DNA of 64,000 bases from Bilabrum cf. latius (taxonomy: Eukaryota): contig OZ237759.1 of the NCBI GenBank assembly GCA_965178125.1, forward strand, positions 806,001 to 870,000, written 5' to 3'. The translations under genes and the position numbers were made by a program. Under the pieces are notes generated by a model, which saw only the letters and a program-made list of their open reading frames with translations, did no database searches and had not been told where the DNA came from. Shown piece after piece: positions 34,357 through 48,623 of the stretch (position 1 is its first letter; every line of letters starts with the position of its first letter).

Positions 34357-36663
34357 GACCTCGTCATGGCTGTGACAGCAGAGCGCTCTTTGATGCGAGT
34401 ACTGAGTACGATGGAAACCAACTTCACTGTCAAATCCCACCAGAAGATCTCCGATACGCAAGGCGGCTTCAACGGCACGCTGGATGATTAGGTATAGTTC
34501 GGATACTCCGTGGCATCCCTGGGCGATCTGGACGGTGATGGTACCACCGACATCGCAGTGGGGGCAGCCATTGATGGTGGTAGATTTATTAGTCGCGGGG
34601 CTACGTGGATCCTCTTCTTGAACACCGACGGCACCGTCAAGTCCCACCAGAAGATCTCCGATACGCAAGGCGGCTTCAACGGCACGCTTGACAATTCTGA
34701 CCGGTTTGGTTCTTCCGTGGCATCCCTGGGCGATCTGGACGGTGATGGCACCACCGACCTCGCAGTGGGGGCAGTATACGATGATGATGGAGGGGGCGAC
34801 CGCGGGGCTACGTGGATCCTCTTCTTGAACACCGACGGCACCGTCAAGTCCCACCAGAAGATCTCCGATACGCAAGGCGGCTTCAACGGCACGCTGGACA
34901 ATGCGGACTTCTTCGGATACTCTTTGGCATCCCTGGGCGATCTGGACGGTGATGGTACCACCGACCTCGCAGTGGGGGCCCGCCAAGATGGTGATGGAGG
35001 GAACAGCCGCGGGGCTACGTGGATCCTCTTCTTGAACACCGATGGCACCGTCAAGTCCCACCAGAAGATCTCCAGTACGGAAGGCGGCTTCAACGGCGCG
35101 CTGGACGATTATGACTGGTTTGGTTCTTCCGTAGCATCCCTGGGCGATCTGGACGGTGATGGTACCACCGACCTCGCAGTGGGGGCCCGCCAAGATGGTG
35201 ATGGAGGGTACCGCCGCGGGGCTATGTGGATCCTCTTCTTGAACACCAATGGCACCGTCAAGTCCCACCAGAAGATTTCCAGTACGCAAGGCGGCTTCAA
35301 CGGCGCGCTGGACACTTCTGACCGGTTTGGTTTATCCGTGGCATCCCTGGGCGATCTGGACGGTGATGGCACCACCGACCTCGCAGTGGGTGCAGTATAC
35401 GATGATGATGGAGGGCGCGACCGCGGGGCTACGTGGATCCTCTTCTTGAACACCGACGGCACCGTCAAGTCCCACAAAAAGATCTCCAGTACGGAAGGCG
35501 GCTTCAACGGCGCGCTGGGCAATGGGGACTGGTTTGGTTCTTCCGTGGCATCCCTGGGCGATCTGGACGGTGATGGCACCACCGACATCGCAGTGGGGGC
35601 CCGCCAAGATGGTGATGGAGGGGACGACCGCGGGGCTATGTGGATCCTCTTTAATGAAGTGGTATTGCCATCGCCGTCGCCGTCGCCCACCCCGAGCACG
35701 AGCCCGAGCAACAGCCCAACCCCGAGCAACAGCCCAACCCCGAGCAACAGCCCTTCCAGGTCGCCCATACCTTCAACCAGTAGCGCCCCGGCAGCCCCTG
35801 CGGACGCAGAGCCTTCCTGCACCGACAACGAGAAGAATGGCCAGGAGAGCGACATCGACTGCGGGGACGCGTCCGCCGACGGGTGTCCCCTGTGCTCGCA
35901 GGGGAGGGCTTGCGTGACCTCTGACAACTGCGCCAATGGCCTCGTATGCGCCAGCGAAAGCATGCGGTGCTCCGAGGATGTCCTCTAGGGCGGCAAGCTG
36001 ATCAACGTGAAGGGTATTCAGATATCCAGCGTGTCGACTCCCATATTCCAGGAGAGCCTCGGGGATCCGATGGGCGCAGGGGTGCTTGACGTCGCACGCG
36101 CGAAGCAGGTCACAATCGACCAGGTCGCTGATTATGAGACAGACGGTGACGGCACAACCGGATTGGGTGTCAAGGTTGACCTGACCACGACCATCCCGCT
36201 AGACCGAGATGACGAGGACCAGACGGCGCAGGCTATTATGGGCTACCTCAACGGCACCGAGCCAGATTCAACAGGGAGCACGCTGATCAACACGCTGCGG
36301 GCGGCAGCTCCAATCGCCATCGCCAGCGAGATGGGCGTGTCTGTCGCGACCGCACAGGTGGAGATCGACACGAGGCCCGTGGACGTGCAAGTAGAGGAAG
36401 CACGTGTCCCCAGCGAGCCACCGAGCGATGATGAGGACGACGGGCTGAGCACCACCGTCATCGTGGGGATCGTCGTTGGGTCTCTCGTAGTCTCGGGTGC
36501 GTGTACCTTTGTCTTCTGCTGTCTGTGGTGCGGGAAGCGCAGGAAGAAAGAAGAAGACGAGGAGGAGGAGAAAAAGCGTAAGTCGAGGGCAGAGGCTGGT
36601 ACCAAGAGCGACATGCGGGCGGCATCGTCTTCTATGCGTCCCTCCGCTGGACAGCTGGTGTGA
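34357..36663 (+). CDS. Host FG-GAP/integrin-alpha-like type I membrane protein, 3' part (interrupted at its 5' end)
   Basis: About 60-aa repeats [26 protein letters not shown] stalk, Cys-rich [16 protein letters not shown] module, TM helix, TGA 36663; TAG at 35986-35988 read through. Confidence 0.88.
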
Positions 36664-37069
36664 GAGCGGTGATCAGCAGCTGTGGATCATGCGGCTGGAC
36701 CTGGCTATTAGCAGATCCGGGATGGGACACCCCTGTTCCATTGAGTCAAAGGGGCCTAGATAACCCTCTTTGAGGTTTAAACCATGTGTCTGCCTTCCTG
36801 GATGAATGAGAGCAATTTGGGCCTCGTATCGAGCAGGCCTTAGCTTCGACCAGGTGCGATAAGTATGACGGGGTTGGATGGGTTAGATCGGACTTGATGC
36901 GATGTGGTGCACGTGCATCAGGCCTTGCTTGGCTTGTTCGGCTTATAAAAATATAACTTATAACCTTCTGTCCGCATCTGATCTGATCTGATCCATGATA
37001 CCACCTCTCAGTGCTTATGCCCGCGCTCCAGCCTTTTCTAGACGTAAGAGGCAGCTACAGTTAGTATGA

Positions 37070-38899
37070 TGAATTCGAATGGTCTCTAGCGGCCCTGGGG
37101 GATCTTGCAGGAGACGGAGTTGCTGCCCTCGCTGCCGGTACCCCGTACCACGATTACGGTGGGACTAACAGCGGAGCCGTGTGGATCCTGTTCATGAATG
37201 CAGATGGCACGGTTAAGGAGTTCCAGAAGATCCCGGACACGCAGGGCGGCTTCACCGGCGTACTGGTGGATGAGGTCTTCTTCGGGTATTCTGTTGCATC
37301 GATAGAGGACCTGGATGAAGACGGCACCAACGATCTCGCTGTCGGTGCGAGCAGGGACGATGACGGAGGTAGTAGAGCTCTAGACGCGGGGCAATATGGA
37401 TCTTGTTCCTAAACGCGGACGGCACTGTCAAATCCCACTAGAAGATCCCGGACACGCAGGGCGGCTTCACCGGCGAGCTGGACGATGTGGATGAACTCGG
37501 GTGGTCGTTAGCATCCCTGGGCGATTTCGACGGGGACGGACGTGTAGCCCTTGCTGCTGGCGTCCCGTACGATGATGACGGAAGAAATTCCTTTGATCGA
37601 GCTGACCGCGGCGCTACATGGATCCTGTATCTGGGCACCGACGGCAAAGTTGATCCTCACAGAGAGGTCTCGGACATCCAGGGCAACTTCACTGGCTAGC
37701 TGCACAACGTTGATTAGTTCGGCTGGTCCGTGGCATCCCTTGGTGACCTCAACGGTGACGGAAGGACAGACATCGCTGTTGGCGCGCCTGGGGATGACGA
37801 CGGAGCCCAATATAATCAAAACAAGCTTCACGGTGCTGTGTGGATCTTGTTCGCTGCACCACTGCCATCGCCATCGCCAACACCATCGATAACCCCAAGC
37901 ATCAGCCCCACGCCCAGCAGCAGCCCCACGCCCAGCAACAGCCCCACGCCCAGCATTACGGCTAGCCCGAGCACCAGCCCCACCCCTAGCAACAGCCCGA
38001 CCCCGACCCCGACCCCGAGTAGCAGCCCCAGCAGCTCGCCCACGCCGAGCACTTCCAGCACCGACAGTGTCACGGGATTGACATGCAGTGATGGCGAGAC
38101 AAATGGCCAGGAGAGCGACATTGACTGTGGGGACACGTCTGCTGAGGACTGCTCGTTGTGCTCCTAGGGCATGACCTGCATTGTCACAGCCAACTGCGCA
38201 AGTGGACTGGTGTGCTCGGCCAACAGCACCACGTGCATGGCTCCCGTGAAGCGCAGGGGCATGCGCATCACGGTGTCCGGGACCAAGGTGTCGAGCGTGA
38301 CCACGCCCGTCTTCCAGTCGAACCTGCTGACTCCCTTCATCGCGGCCATCGAGGACGTGGCCAGAAGTGATGATGTGGCCATCGACCGGCTGACCCCGTC
38401 CTCGGATAGGAGTGGCCGCCCCCTTCAGGCCTCGGGCTCAGAGGAAAATGGTGTTCCCGCCACCGAGCTAGACTTCACTGTGACAATTCCGCAGGAGCGC
38501 ACCGACGTGGAGAAGACGAGGCAGGACATCCTGGCCTTGCTGCGGGGCACCGATACCACGTCAATGAACGAGACGCTAGTGGACGTGCTCAGGATGGCTG
38601 CACCAGCCGAGATGGCCCAGCTACTGGTGGTTGATACGACCAGCATTACCGCGGAGGTCACTGTACAAGAAGAGGACCTGCAAGTGGACGAGGCTGTGGC
38701 TCCTTCTACGGACGAGGATGACGACGAGGGAGGGGCCAGTATGGTCATCATCGTGGTGGTAGTAGTCGTCGTCATTGCTGTCATGGTGGGGGCAGCCACC
38801 TACTTCTTCAAATGCAGGGACACCAAGTCAGGGATTGCCAAGAAGGACGACAAGGCGGTCGATGCGAAGGAAGAGCATCAGGTGGCCGAGGCCGTGTGA
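37070..38899 (+). CDS. Second FG-GAP membrane protein paralogue; 1-bp frameshift near 37386, start unresolved (possible pseudogene)
   Basis: Same domain order as the upstream copy; [10 protein letters not shown] continues in a shifted frame. Confidence 0.75.
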
Positions 38900-39726
38900 A
38901 GGGGTGGATGAAGCCTTCACGTGTGCTGGTGCTGAGGCTATAGCGTAGGAAATGGCAAGATTTGTGCGATGCCTGCGCTGAATGTATGCAGAGCATACAG
39001 CGCATTACACTCCAAATTCGGCCACTGCACCTTGGGCTTGCCGCGGACCCACTGGGCTTCACCCTGACCGACTGAGTCTTCACTGGTCGGTCTTGAATGC
39101 GGTACACCGCTGATACTACGAATGTACACATCACTTTCCCAATGCGCGTCGACTGGCCCAGACCCCCGCAAGGGTAGGCCGTCCACCCCGGGGTTGGACG
39201 GTTCCAAAAGTGTGGAGGATGCCCAATTTCCACCCCTCCCCCCCCTGATCTCACCCAATATGCATCCGTTAAAATTCTACTTCCAGTTGCTGAACCGGCG
39301 CGATGACCGCTGAGTTGAACGCACTGACCCTCATCATCAAATCCTGCGCCCCAACCATATCGGCCAACACGGCCGTCAAGTACTCCTGGTCGGAGCCTTG
39401 CGCGCAGAGCTCGTTTAGAGGCACCTAGATCTCAACCGTGGCCGGGGATTCAGCTGCGCTTGACAATGATATGGTTGATTTGCTGAGATCGACGATGATC
39501 CATTCTAGGATGCCGAAGGAGGTAAGTTACGTAAGTCGACGTGGATTGGTTCATGGCAGGGGTGTAGCAGACTGCCCCGACAGTAAGTTACGTAAGGTTA
39601 CGTAAGTATACCTGGGTGTGATACATCCGGAATCCGGATTTACTTGGACATCAGGATTGAAGCGATGGGGAGCAGAGATGAGCCGGAAGTCGAGGTGGTC
39701 AATCCAGGTCTGGACCTGCATCTCCA

Positions 39727-42432
39727 TCAAATCTGATAAAAAAAAAATCCGGTCACCCTGAATGTTACAGTCACTTCCCCGTCCTGCCCAACTCGCGCCG
39801 CTTTCACGACGATGACGCCATCACACGCCGCTGACAGTCTGACCGTCTCACCAGGAGCCCCAGTCACGACTACCTCCAATTCATCTCGGCTGCCCGCCGT
39901 AGCAAGTGCCGCCGATACACCCGTGATCCGGTCCTTGGACAGCTGCACCACCTTGCCCTCCTCGCCCAGGAGCGTCCAGCCAGTCTGGGGTCCGCCCTCC
40001 GAGTCGCCTGCTTGCTGCACAAGCGTCCACATTGCGTGCCCGTGGGCCCCTGACACCGGATCCACCACGCCGGGCTCAGTGTACACGCGCAGCGGGCTGT
40101 CTGCATCCACGACACGAGGCGCACAGCTGCCTTCTTCGCCCACCTTGGCACCGCTCACGCAAGGAACCCCATGCCACAGTGCAATATACCTAGCAGCCTC
40201 GGAGGGAGGCTGAGGCTGGGCGTTTCCTCTGACCGGGTCGAAGGTCACGTTGAGTGCCTTGGGTACATCGATGGCCAGCAGGGTGTACGACCGGCACACC
40301 ACCGCCCGCACCGGGTCAGAGCCGAGCGACTGGGCCTGACTGCCACGTGATTTTGTGTTCGCGCGGCTGATACCCGGCACCTGACTGTACCCTACGTTAA
40401 CTCTGGTGGTGTTGGGCTGCAGCCCGGGCCCACTTCCAGCTTGAGGCGCCCCATCCATAAACATCATCTCGGCTGGCGCAGCGTGCCGGTCCGGCCGCAG
40501 CAGCCTCCCATCCGCCCTGATCGTCTGCATGATGAGACCTGCGTCAGTGAGGCCTGGGCCGTCCCCGATGCCCACCGGCCCTCCAGAGAGCGCCGACACG
40601 AGGACATCCAGCTCGGGGTTAGGCTGGCGGTAGGGGTCTTCGGGGCAGTGCTTGTACTGGGATGGCATCAGGGTGGTGTTGGTGTAGGGGTTGCCCGGCT
40701 GCGTGCTGCGGGTCCACAGGTTGTCATGGAACGGCTTCACCCCGAACGCATCGAGCAGCATGCCGCTCAGCGCGATGTCATACCCGGTGCACCCGGCGTA
40801 GTCGCCCGAGGCCCTGGCGTTCGTGACGTGAGGCAGGGCGCGGGCTGCAAGCAACACGTCGCCTGTCGACGCCAGGCACAGTTGGGCGGGCATGTCCACC
40901 TCTGGATCCGAATAGGCGGCGTGCTGGGCGAGGAGCCATTCCTCTGCGCAATAGAGGCAGGTCTCGAAGCCGTACATGTCCCCTTGCTGACCCACAAAGT
41001 CCTGCTCGAAAATGCCAACTACCTTGCCCTTGGCTTCAATTAGGATCTGCCGGTACAGCCTCTCTGTATCATCCAGGGCAGGTACGGCCCGCGACGCCGA
41101 GCAGTTCTCGTTCGGGTCCCTGGGCCAAGGGCACGGCTGGGACAGGCCGCCCCCGTCACCCGGTATGCCCATGGGCTGGGCTGGGGGGGGGCCGGCGGGG
41201 ATGTGTCTGTAGCCCTGCTTGGTGAAGTACACTGCAGTGCTGCAGAGCCATGGGATGAATGCCCAGCGTCCTATGCGGCCCAGACAGCCCGTTGATCGGG
41301 CTCTGGAACCAGTCGGGGCGCGCGGCCCAATCATCCACCCAGCTCACGGCGCCCTCTGCCACCTTCCCGTGGTAATACCAGTCATCTAATTGCACATAAC
41401 TAATGGGGATACCCATGGCCTGCAACTGCTGCACGAATGAGACCACGAGAACGCCTGCGGACGTGTTACGCTGCATGGGATTGTATCCCATGTTTGTGTT
41501 GCCTACCCACTTGTTCATGTTGAGATAGGCGCCGTTGTCCGTCCACGCTCCGATCTTGCGGGTCATGGGATCGCGAGTGAGCATTTTCTGGTGGGCACTG
41601 GTCGCATCTGCGAACCGAGCCCTGAATCGGTCGCCCAGCGCTCGCACGGCTCCCCCCCCACAGAGTACCCCGAAGCGACGGCGGTCGCGTGCCAGGTGCC
41701 GTTTTCTATGGAGTCCACGCTCCCCTGGATGCCCATGCCCCAGCTGTAGCTATTGTCCGGCGACCGTATGGCCGCTGATGCAGCGCGGAGTGTATTTGAG
41801 AGCGGAGCGATTGCGAGGGCGACGGTGGAGCGGGGAGGAGGTCGCTTCTGGGACCAGGTAGGTGCTCGTTCCTGCCAAGTTGGATTGTACACCACGGCTA
41901 AAGGAAGCTTCAATCCTGATCCGTACGGTCCTACATCTGTAGACTTGTTGCTGAACCGCCCTGTAGAGCCGGAGAGAGGCTCAATGCGAGCATACGCCAT
42001 GCCGCCCGCGAGCAGCCCGGAACCGAGCAGGAACGGCGCGGTCGCAGATATCGGCACCGCCCCCTTCTCAGATGGTATTGAAGTGCCGTTCAAGCTAGTC
42101 TCGTACGTCGTGTTTAGAATAATCAGGCTGCATTCGGTGTACTGCATGATGTCGGTCCTGACCCGCAACTTCTCGGTGTGCTCGCGCACCACTACGCGCT
42201 CCACGGACGTTGCATTGAACGGCCCGTTCATATCAGACCCCGAAAACTGCGACACAGATACGATCGGGAATCTGTCGCCCGCAGAAGCGAAGAATCTGGT
42301 ACCGCCGGCAACTATCGATGGATCTCCGGAAGCCAAGCGCATCTCGTCGTCCACAAAGATAGAAAAGTGGCCGGTTGGGGAGACCTGTCGCACGGTGCCG
42401 ATAAATACTAGCCATAGCAACATGGCAGGCAT
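39727..42432 (-). CDS. Host secreted glycoside-hydrolase-like protein (alpha-galactosidase/clan-D-like), two apparent frameshifts
   Basis: Signal-like N-terminus; WTDNGAY, YVQLDDWYY, FEQDF, ARASGDY, LSGGPVGIGD motifs spread over three overlapping ORFs. Confidence 0.5.
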
Positions 42433-42803
42433 GCAACAAGAGTTGCCACCAGCATGATGATACTAGATCTATCTACAGTTGTTGCAAGCAAGCAAGCAAG
42501 ATAATCGTGATTTCGAGTGGCAGTCGCCACTGCCAGTGGCAAGCCGGAATCTCCGGCTCGGGGCGAAAGTCGGTTTGACTTGAAAGAAAGTGAGGGTAGA
42601 GCTCAGCTGGAAATAAGCACAGATACCGTATCAATTGCCAGCAGTACATTGCGCACACTCGCAATTGTCTACTGGGCAGGTCTCCGCTGATACAAGCGCC
42701 CCCGCAGCTCGAGCTTCGAATCCAAAATAGTCTGGCATTGTGAAAGTTCTACCCCACTGCTATCGGCCCGTCTGAGTATCACTTGGCACACGATCGTGCG
42801 AGC

Positions 42804-44757
42804 ATGGCAACGACGGCTCTTGGGTACGCCATTATTGCAGCATCTGCTGCTTACACCCACTGGGGCACGACCAAGAATGGGTTCGTGTGGGACGACCGCG
42901 CCGCTGTTCTGAACAATCCGGTGATCAACCCGACTGCGTCACCAATTATTGCATTTATGGCGGACTTTTGGGGATCTCAACTAGACTCAGAGGAGAGCCA
43001 CAAGTCCTACCGCCCGCTGACCACCGTATCCTACAATCTTGATGTGCATATCGCTGGTGGCAAGGACCCTTCACAGCTCCATGGAACCAATGTTGGGATC
43101 CATGCGTTCGTTTCTGTGCTTGTTGCTGTTTTTGCGACCCACATCAACATGGGTCCCAACGCATCGTTCTGGGCTGGTCTTATATACTCGGTGCACCCGA
43201 TTCATGTTGATGCCGTCGCATCGGTAGTCGGCCGCGCAGAGCTCTTGAGTGCTCTATTCGTGTTGCTTGCAGCGATTGTGCTGCTGAGAGCCCAGCAAAT
43301 CCAAGCTTGGAGAGGTGCAACTTGCAACAAGGTTCATCATTGCTTTTCGATCTTTCTTGCTATTGTTTTGGTCTGTGTGGCCGGCCTATGCAAGGAGACT
43401 GGGTTGATCGGTGGTTTTGCGATTGGCTGCCTTGTAGCATGGAGCAATTCGAATACGCACGGCTCGTGGGATACTCTCTGTCCAGGTCTTCTAGTTGCTG
43501 TTGTTAGTACGATCCTGGTCATCGCTCGGCTTAGTATGAATGCTGAATCACTCGGGTACAAGTGGACAGCTCTAGAGACTAGTCTTTACTAGATTGAATA
43601 GCCTATGCAATTCTTAGTTGCATTAGGCATGCAAGCATGGTACGCTCGTCTTCTTCTATTTCCAATTGGTCTTTCGTTTGATCACGGCCTCGGAAGCTAC
43701 AATGAACAAATTATCGGGGCTGTCGGCTTCTTTTCAGCGTTGGTAGTATTATCATGTCTTGGCATTTTACTTATTCGTTACAATGGAGCACTCGGCAATG
43801 GATATAGCAAGCTTCTATTGTGCTACATAATAACCGTCATACCAATTTCACATTTGGTAATCGACATCGGTACGGATGTTGCTGAAAGACTCTTATATTT
43901 TCCTTCAATCTTCGGTATTTTGGTAGTTGTAAAATTCTTTGTAGATTGGTGGGACACATGGAAGAGTCCAAATGTATATTCAATGAACATCTTTGCAACT
44001 ATTTGTTTAGTAGCTATTTTCATCTGTTTTGGCAAGCTTACACTGGACTAGTGTGCAGTATGGAACTCGGAAATGACTCTTTTTGAAAGTGGATTGTTGA
44101 GCCATCCAACCAACATCAAAGCACTTATAAATGTTGGTCTCTTGTCGTAGGATCACAACTAGACTCGTTCTATACAACTATTGCAAACCGCCGTCAACCA
44201 AAGCAATGCACATCCTATGGCAGTCCTGAATCTTGGAGCAGTATCAAAAGATCCATTAGAAAAATGGAAATTATTTGACCGGTAAGATATATCTTTCAAT
44301 AACGCACTTGCATGAAATCAGACCTTTAATCTGTTGTTTTCATCTGATAATGTATGATTGTTTATTTCCCGGTGTACGTAGAGCATTAAGGAGTCCCACA
44401 GAGTCACCCATGATTCCAGCACTTGGTCGTCTTGGCGAAGAATCGCTTCAATCGAGAATCCCATCCCGATTTGATGTTTCATTCAACTCATCGCTAGTTG
44501 AACCACCCGGACACAGAATGATATCTATGCAGGATTTCGTAGGTACGTGCTCGGTTAAACAAAGAAACTCAGTTCTACAGGCTTCTTCAGCGCGAACGCT
44601 GTCAACTGTGTAGCTGCTGCTCTCTATTGTGTCAGGAGGCAAAGAATACTCTAGTGTATGCTCCGGCATTCGGCTTTTGTCGGAGCATAGCACAGGTTCA
44701 ACAAGGACTTCAGATGCAGCTGAAATGATTATCTAGTTGGAGCAGGATTGCCATTAA
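42804..44757 (+). CDS. TMTC: Host TMTC-family protein O-mannosyltransferase (3' intron; end approximate)
   Basis: FVWDD, DFWG, SHKSYRPLT, HPIHVDAVASVVGRAELL, KETG, AERLLYFPS; several TAG read through. Confidence 0.88.
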
Positions 44758-44870
44758 ACGGGTTGGGCTAAGCTTGCAAATACTTGTTATTTTGTGAAAT
44801 CCTTTTGTATCACTGTCAACTCCATATGTATGCGCTCCGCAAAGATATAGCAACGGATTGTTCGAGAGAT

Positions 44871-46004
44871 TCACACCTTTTCAGTAAGATCTGGGACAGC
44901 CTTGAACAAATCTTCGACTAGACCGTAGTCCGCGACTTGGAAGATGGGCGCCTCAGGATCCTTGTTGATCGCAACAATGGTCTTGCTATCTTTCATGCCA
45001 GCAAGGTGCTGAATCGCGCCACTGATTCCAACTGCAACGTACAGCTCAGGTGCTACGACTTTCCCGGTCTGCCCAACCTGCATGTCATTTGGCACATACC
45101 CGGCATCAACCGCTGCCCTCGAAGCACCCACTCCAGCTCCAAGCTTATCGGCAAGCTTGTAGAGCATTTCAAAGTTGTCGCCGCTCTTAAGGCCTCGCCC
45201 ACCGCTTACGACTGTTGGAGCACTGTCCAGAGCTGGACGATCACTCTTTGTCTTCTCCTCGGAGATGAATCGTGCGGCGCTGGCTCCCCCCTCTGAAGCC
45301 TCAAACGCCTCTACAGACGCAGAGCCACCAGAGGCAGCTGCCTTCTCGAACGACGTTGGTCGAACCGTGATAACCTTCACGGAGTCGTTCGACTTGACCT
45401 TGGACATTGCGTTGCCGGCGTACGTCGGGCGTTCAAAGGTGTTCTCGTCGACAACACCGGTGATATCGCTGATCTACTGCACGTCCAATTTGGCGGCAAC
45501 GCGTGGAGCAAAGTTCTTGCCGTTGTTGCTGGCGGCCACCAGGACGTGGCTGGATGACTTGGCCGCCTGTGCTGCGAGGACAATCTCCGCGATCCGCTCA
45601 CTGATACCCCCTTCCACAGCAGTCGAGCTGTTCAGTACATTATCAACTCCATCAATGGCTGCTGCCTGCTTAGCGGCTTCGTCTGAGCCGACGACCAGGA
45701 CGTTCACATCGCCTCCAATTTTCCTCGCAGCAGATACTACCGCTAGAGTCGATGGTAGGATGTTTCCAGAGTCGTGCTCCGCTACAACCTGCGACACTCA
45801 AACGTACAAATATCATAACACCTCATAACCAAACAAACATTGGTATGGCATGGGCACGCGGGGCACGAAAGAAGCTAGTAATGACGTAAGTGTGCAGCAC
45901 CTCACCAAAGAGCTGGCAAACCTCGTGGAGGAACCCATCTGCCTGGACCGGGCAAGCAAAGCGCTAGTATTGGAACGCAGGAAAGCACTTGAAGCCCTGA
46001 TCAT
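44871..46004 (-). CDS. ETFA: Host electron transfer flavoprotein subunit alpha (one intron)
   Basis: Transit peptide [20 protein letters not shown][TAG][44 protein letters not shown]. Confidence 0.96.
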
Positions 46005-46176
46005 GCTGATTTTCGTGGCACAAGTAATTTCGGAGTATCTCTTGGCCGGATCCATGTTGCGCCGCGGCGCATGCGTGCGGAACCTCAGGCTGCACTGCAT
46101 GCAAAGCGATATACTGCCCGCATTTCTTGGGTTTACCCGGGCCTGCACAAGTTATTTCGTGACCCACGGTCCGTGC

Positions 46177-48623
46177 ATGGTGCGACATGCGATGTTTGTC
46201 GCTTTAGCTGCGTTCGCGTGCTCGTGGTTTCGCGGTGGCCGTGCCTTCGATGACGGGATAGGAAGTAACTTGTGGGAATCGCTAAGCGTTCCACCTTGCA
46301 CCCGCCTAATGGGCATTTCATTGGAAGATGATGTAGGATGCAGCACTGATAGTTCTGGAAGCAGTGGCGCACTCTTGAATATCGAGTCTTCGGCGCAGCT
46401 AGAGTGAGACAGTTCGGTTCTGGCATCGTTGGCACCGTTGCCGCACGGTGTATTCCGCGCTCTATGCTTGCACGCTTCAAGCAGCTGGACTTGACGGTTT
46501 CAACTTCATTTTGCAGGAGCTTCTTGCGTGGCGATGACGGTAGAGGAGGTCGGGTGCTCGTGATGGACCCCAGCCTTCTGACAGACACCGTCGTGGGGCG
46601 CCTCCGCTCGACCGGCCAAATCCGCGGGCTGGTGCTCGTGCAGCCTGAGCTGCTGGGCAGTGGACGCGCATCCTCCGAAAATCCTGACGGGTCCCGTTTC
46701 TCACCAGCCACTCGCATGCCCTTCCCTATCTCGACAGGTGGCTCGGCCGAGTGGAACCCCGCAGGCACCTCTCTGGCCCGCCGCCGCCTGCCCTTCCCCG
46801 CCGTGGCAGCCACCGGGCAGGACGGCGCCAAGATATTGAGCGCGGCACGGCAGGACCGGGCCGAGGGACTCAAGTGGCCCCGGCGCGCTCTGGACTTGTA
46901 CTTCGACCAGGGCCCCGCGGGTCTCAGGTCGGAGCAGTGCCTCAGCGACAGCTCCTGTCTGCCTCTGGGCGGGCTCAGCGCGTGGGCTACGCTTGGTGCT
47001 CCTGGAGATGGCCCCGCGGTGCCGTCGTCCAATGGATCCAGCAATAGCTCCAGGCGTTTGTCAGCAGCGACAGGTGCCAGGATAGGGACAGGTACAGAGG
47101 CGGCAACAGCGGCAGCCCCCGTCCCAGGGTATTGGCCCAAGGTAGACGGGGCAGTGCTGCTGGCGGCTCCTCTGGACGCCGACGGCATGTTCCGGTCCGC
47201 AGCTGCGGGAGGAGACGCAGGAGTGGGGCCGATGGTGGCGCTGCTGGCGGCGGTCAAGGCGCTGGGGGCGGCCGGTGCATGGCGCCTGCAGCGACCCATC
47301 GTGCCTATGCTGCTTCAAGGAGAGCAGTGGGGCCGCATGGGCTCGCGCACGCTGGGCCTGGATCTCGCCGAGTTCAGCTGCAGCGCGGGCCAGACTGTGT
47401 CCGCCGCCGACTCGCCGACTGGCCGTGCCTACTGCAAGTCCCCGCTGCGGTGGGACCTTGCCTTTCAGAACCTGTCTTTGCCCACGGCTCACGCGGCGGT
47501 GGCACTTGCTGGCATCGGCAGCAACGCATCTTTGCCTGCAGGGGCGGGGCCCAGTGCCTCCCGCACCTTGTTCGCGCACTCCCCCGACCCGTCCGCCCCC
47601 GGTGCTGCATCCCTCCTGGCATCGCTGCAGAGGGCCGCTGGTGACGCGGCGGACCCCTTGTCCCGCGAGGGCCTGCCGCCCGTGCAGGTGCAGGCCTCGT
47701 CCTCGCAGGGCGGGGTGCCCCCCACGGGCCTGGACTCGCTCGTGCTGGCTGGGAACGGGAGGGGAGGGCAGGGCGCCATCGAGCCCCCGGCCATGCCTGC
47801 CCTCGCCCCTCGCACGGCCGTTCTCTCCACGGGCGACGCAGCCACGACGAGCGGCTTCCTGGGCTCGACCTTCGACGACGAGGGCAACACAGATCCCAGG
47901 CAGGTCGCGGCTGCGGCACAGCTGCTGGCCAGCGCCGCCTGGGAGCTGGCCAGGAACAGCTCGGACCCGGGGCAGGCCCCACCCGCCGACGGTGGCCTGC
48001 AGGTCGACGCGCAGTGGGTGGCCGAGATGCTCCGGTGCGTGCTGGTGGACCCGCTGTGCGACCTGCTCAGAGCAGAGCTCGGGTGGTCCTCGGAGACCAT
48101 GGACCGCCAGATGGCGGTGGCAGCCCCACACGGCCGGCTCAGCCTGTTTGTGAGCGTATGGTCGCAGCCGTACACCCCTGGCAACACCTTCGTTTTGCAG
48201 CCCTCCGTCGTTGAGCTGCTGGCGTGGAGGGTGCTGGCGAATGCCACGGCGTCGCCCAGCCAGCGGACGGGGGTCCAATGCAGGGAGTACTCGTCCGATT
48301 GTGACGAGTCCGTGGGTCGTGGCTACGACTGCTTTTATGGCAAATGCATACGGAACAGCGCCCATCTGCACCCCGCTACCTCGCCCGCACTGCGGGTACT
48401 TGGCATAGGGAGGTTCTCGGTGAACCACAGCATGCTGACGGATGATGATAGGCTATGGACGGAGCCGTACTGGTCCCCAAACATAGGAGTGAAGCTGTTT
48501 CGAACATCCCACCCCGGTACTGCCGCCGGGTTGTTCGTCGGGGGCCTGGTGGCGGTAGGTCTTGTTGCTGCGGGCGTCTACTGGGGCGGACAGTTCCTCG
48601 TTGAAGAATTTGGTATCCGTTAA
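46177..48623 (+). CDS. NCSTN: Host nicastrin-like protein (spliced near 5' end)
   Basis: PCTRLM...VGCS, WNPAG, CLPLGG, GEQWGRMGSR, WTEPYW and a C-terminal TM helix. Confidence 0.8.

Noticed and set aside
39522-39606. Short GTAAGTTACGTAAG repeats
   Set aside because: Only about three short copies with no supporting context.
41270-41660. Programmed frameshifting in the glycoside-hydrolase-like gene
   Set aside because: One shift lies at a C homopolymer; sequencing error, small introns or decay are simpler and cannot be separated here.
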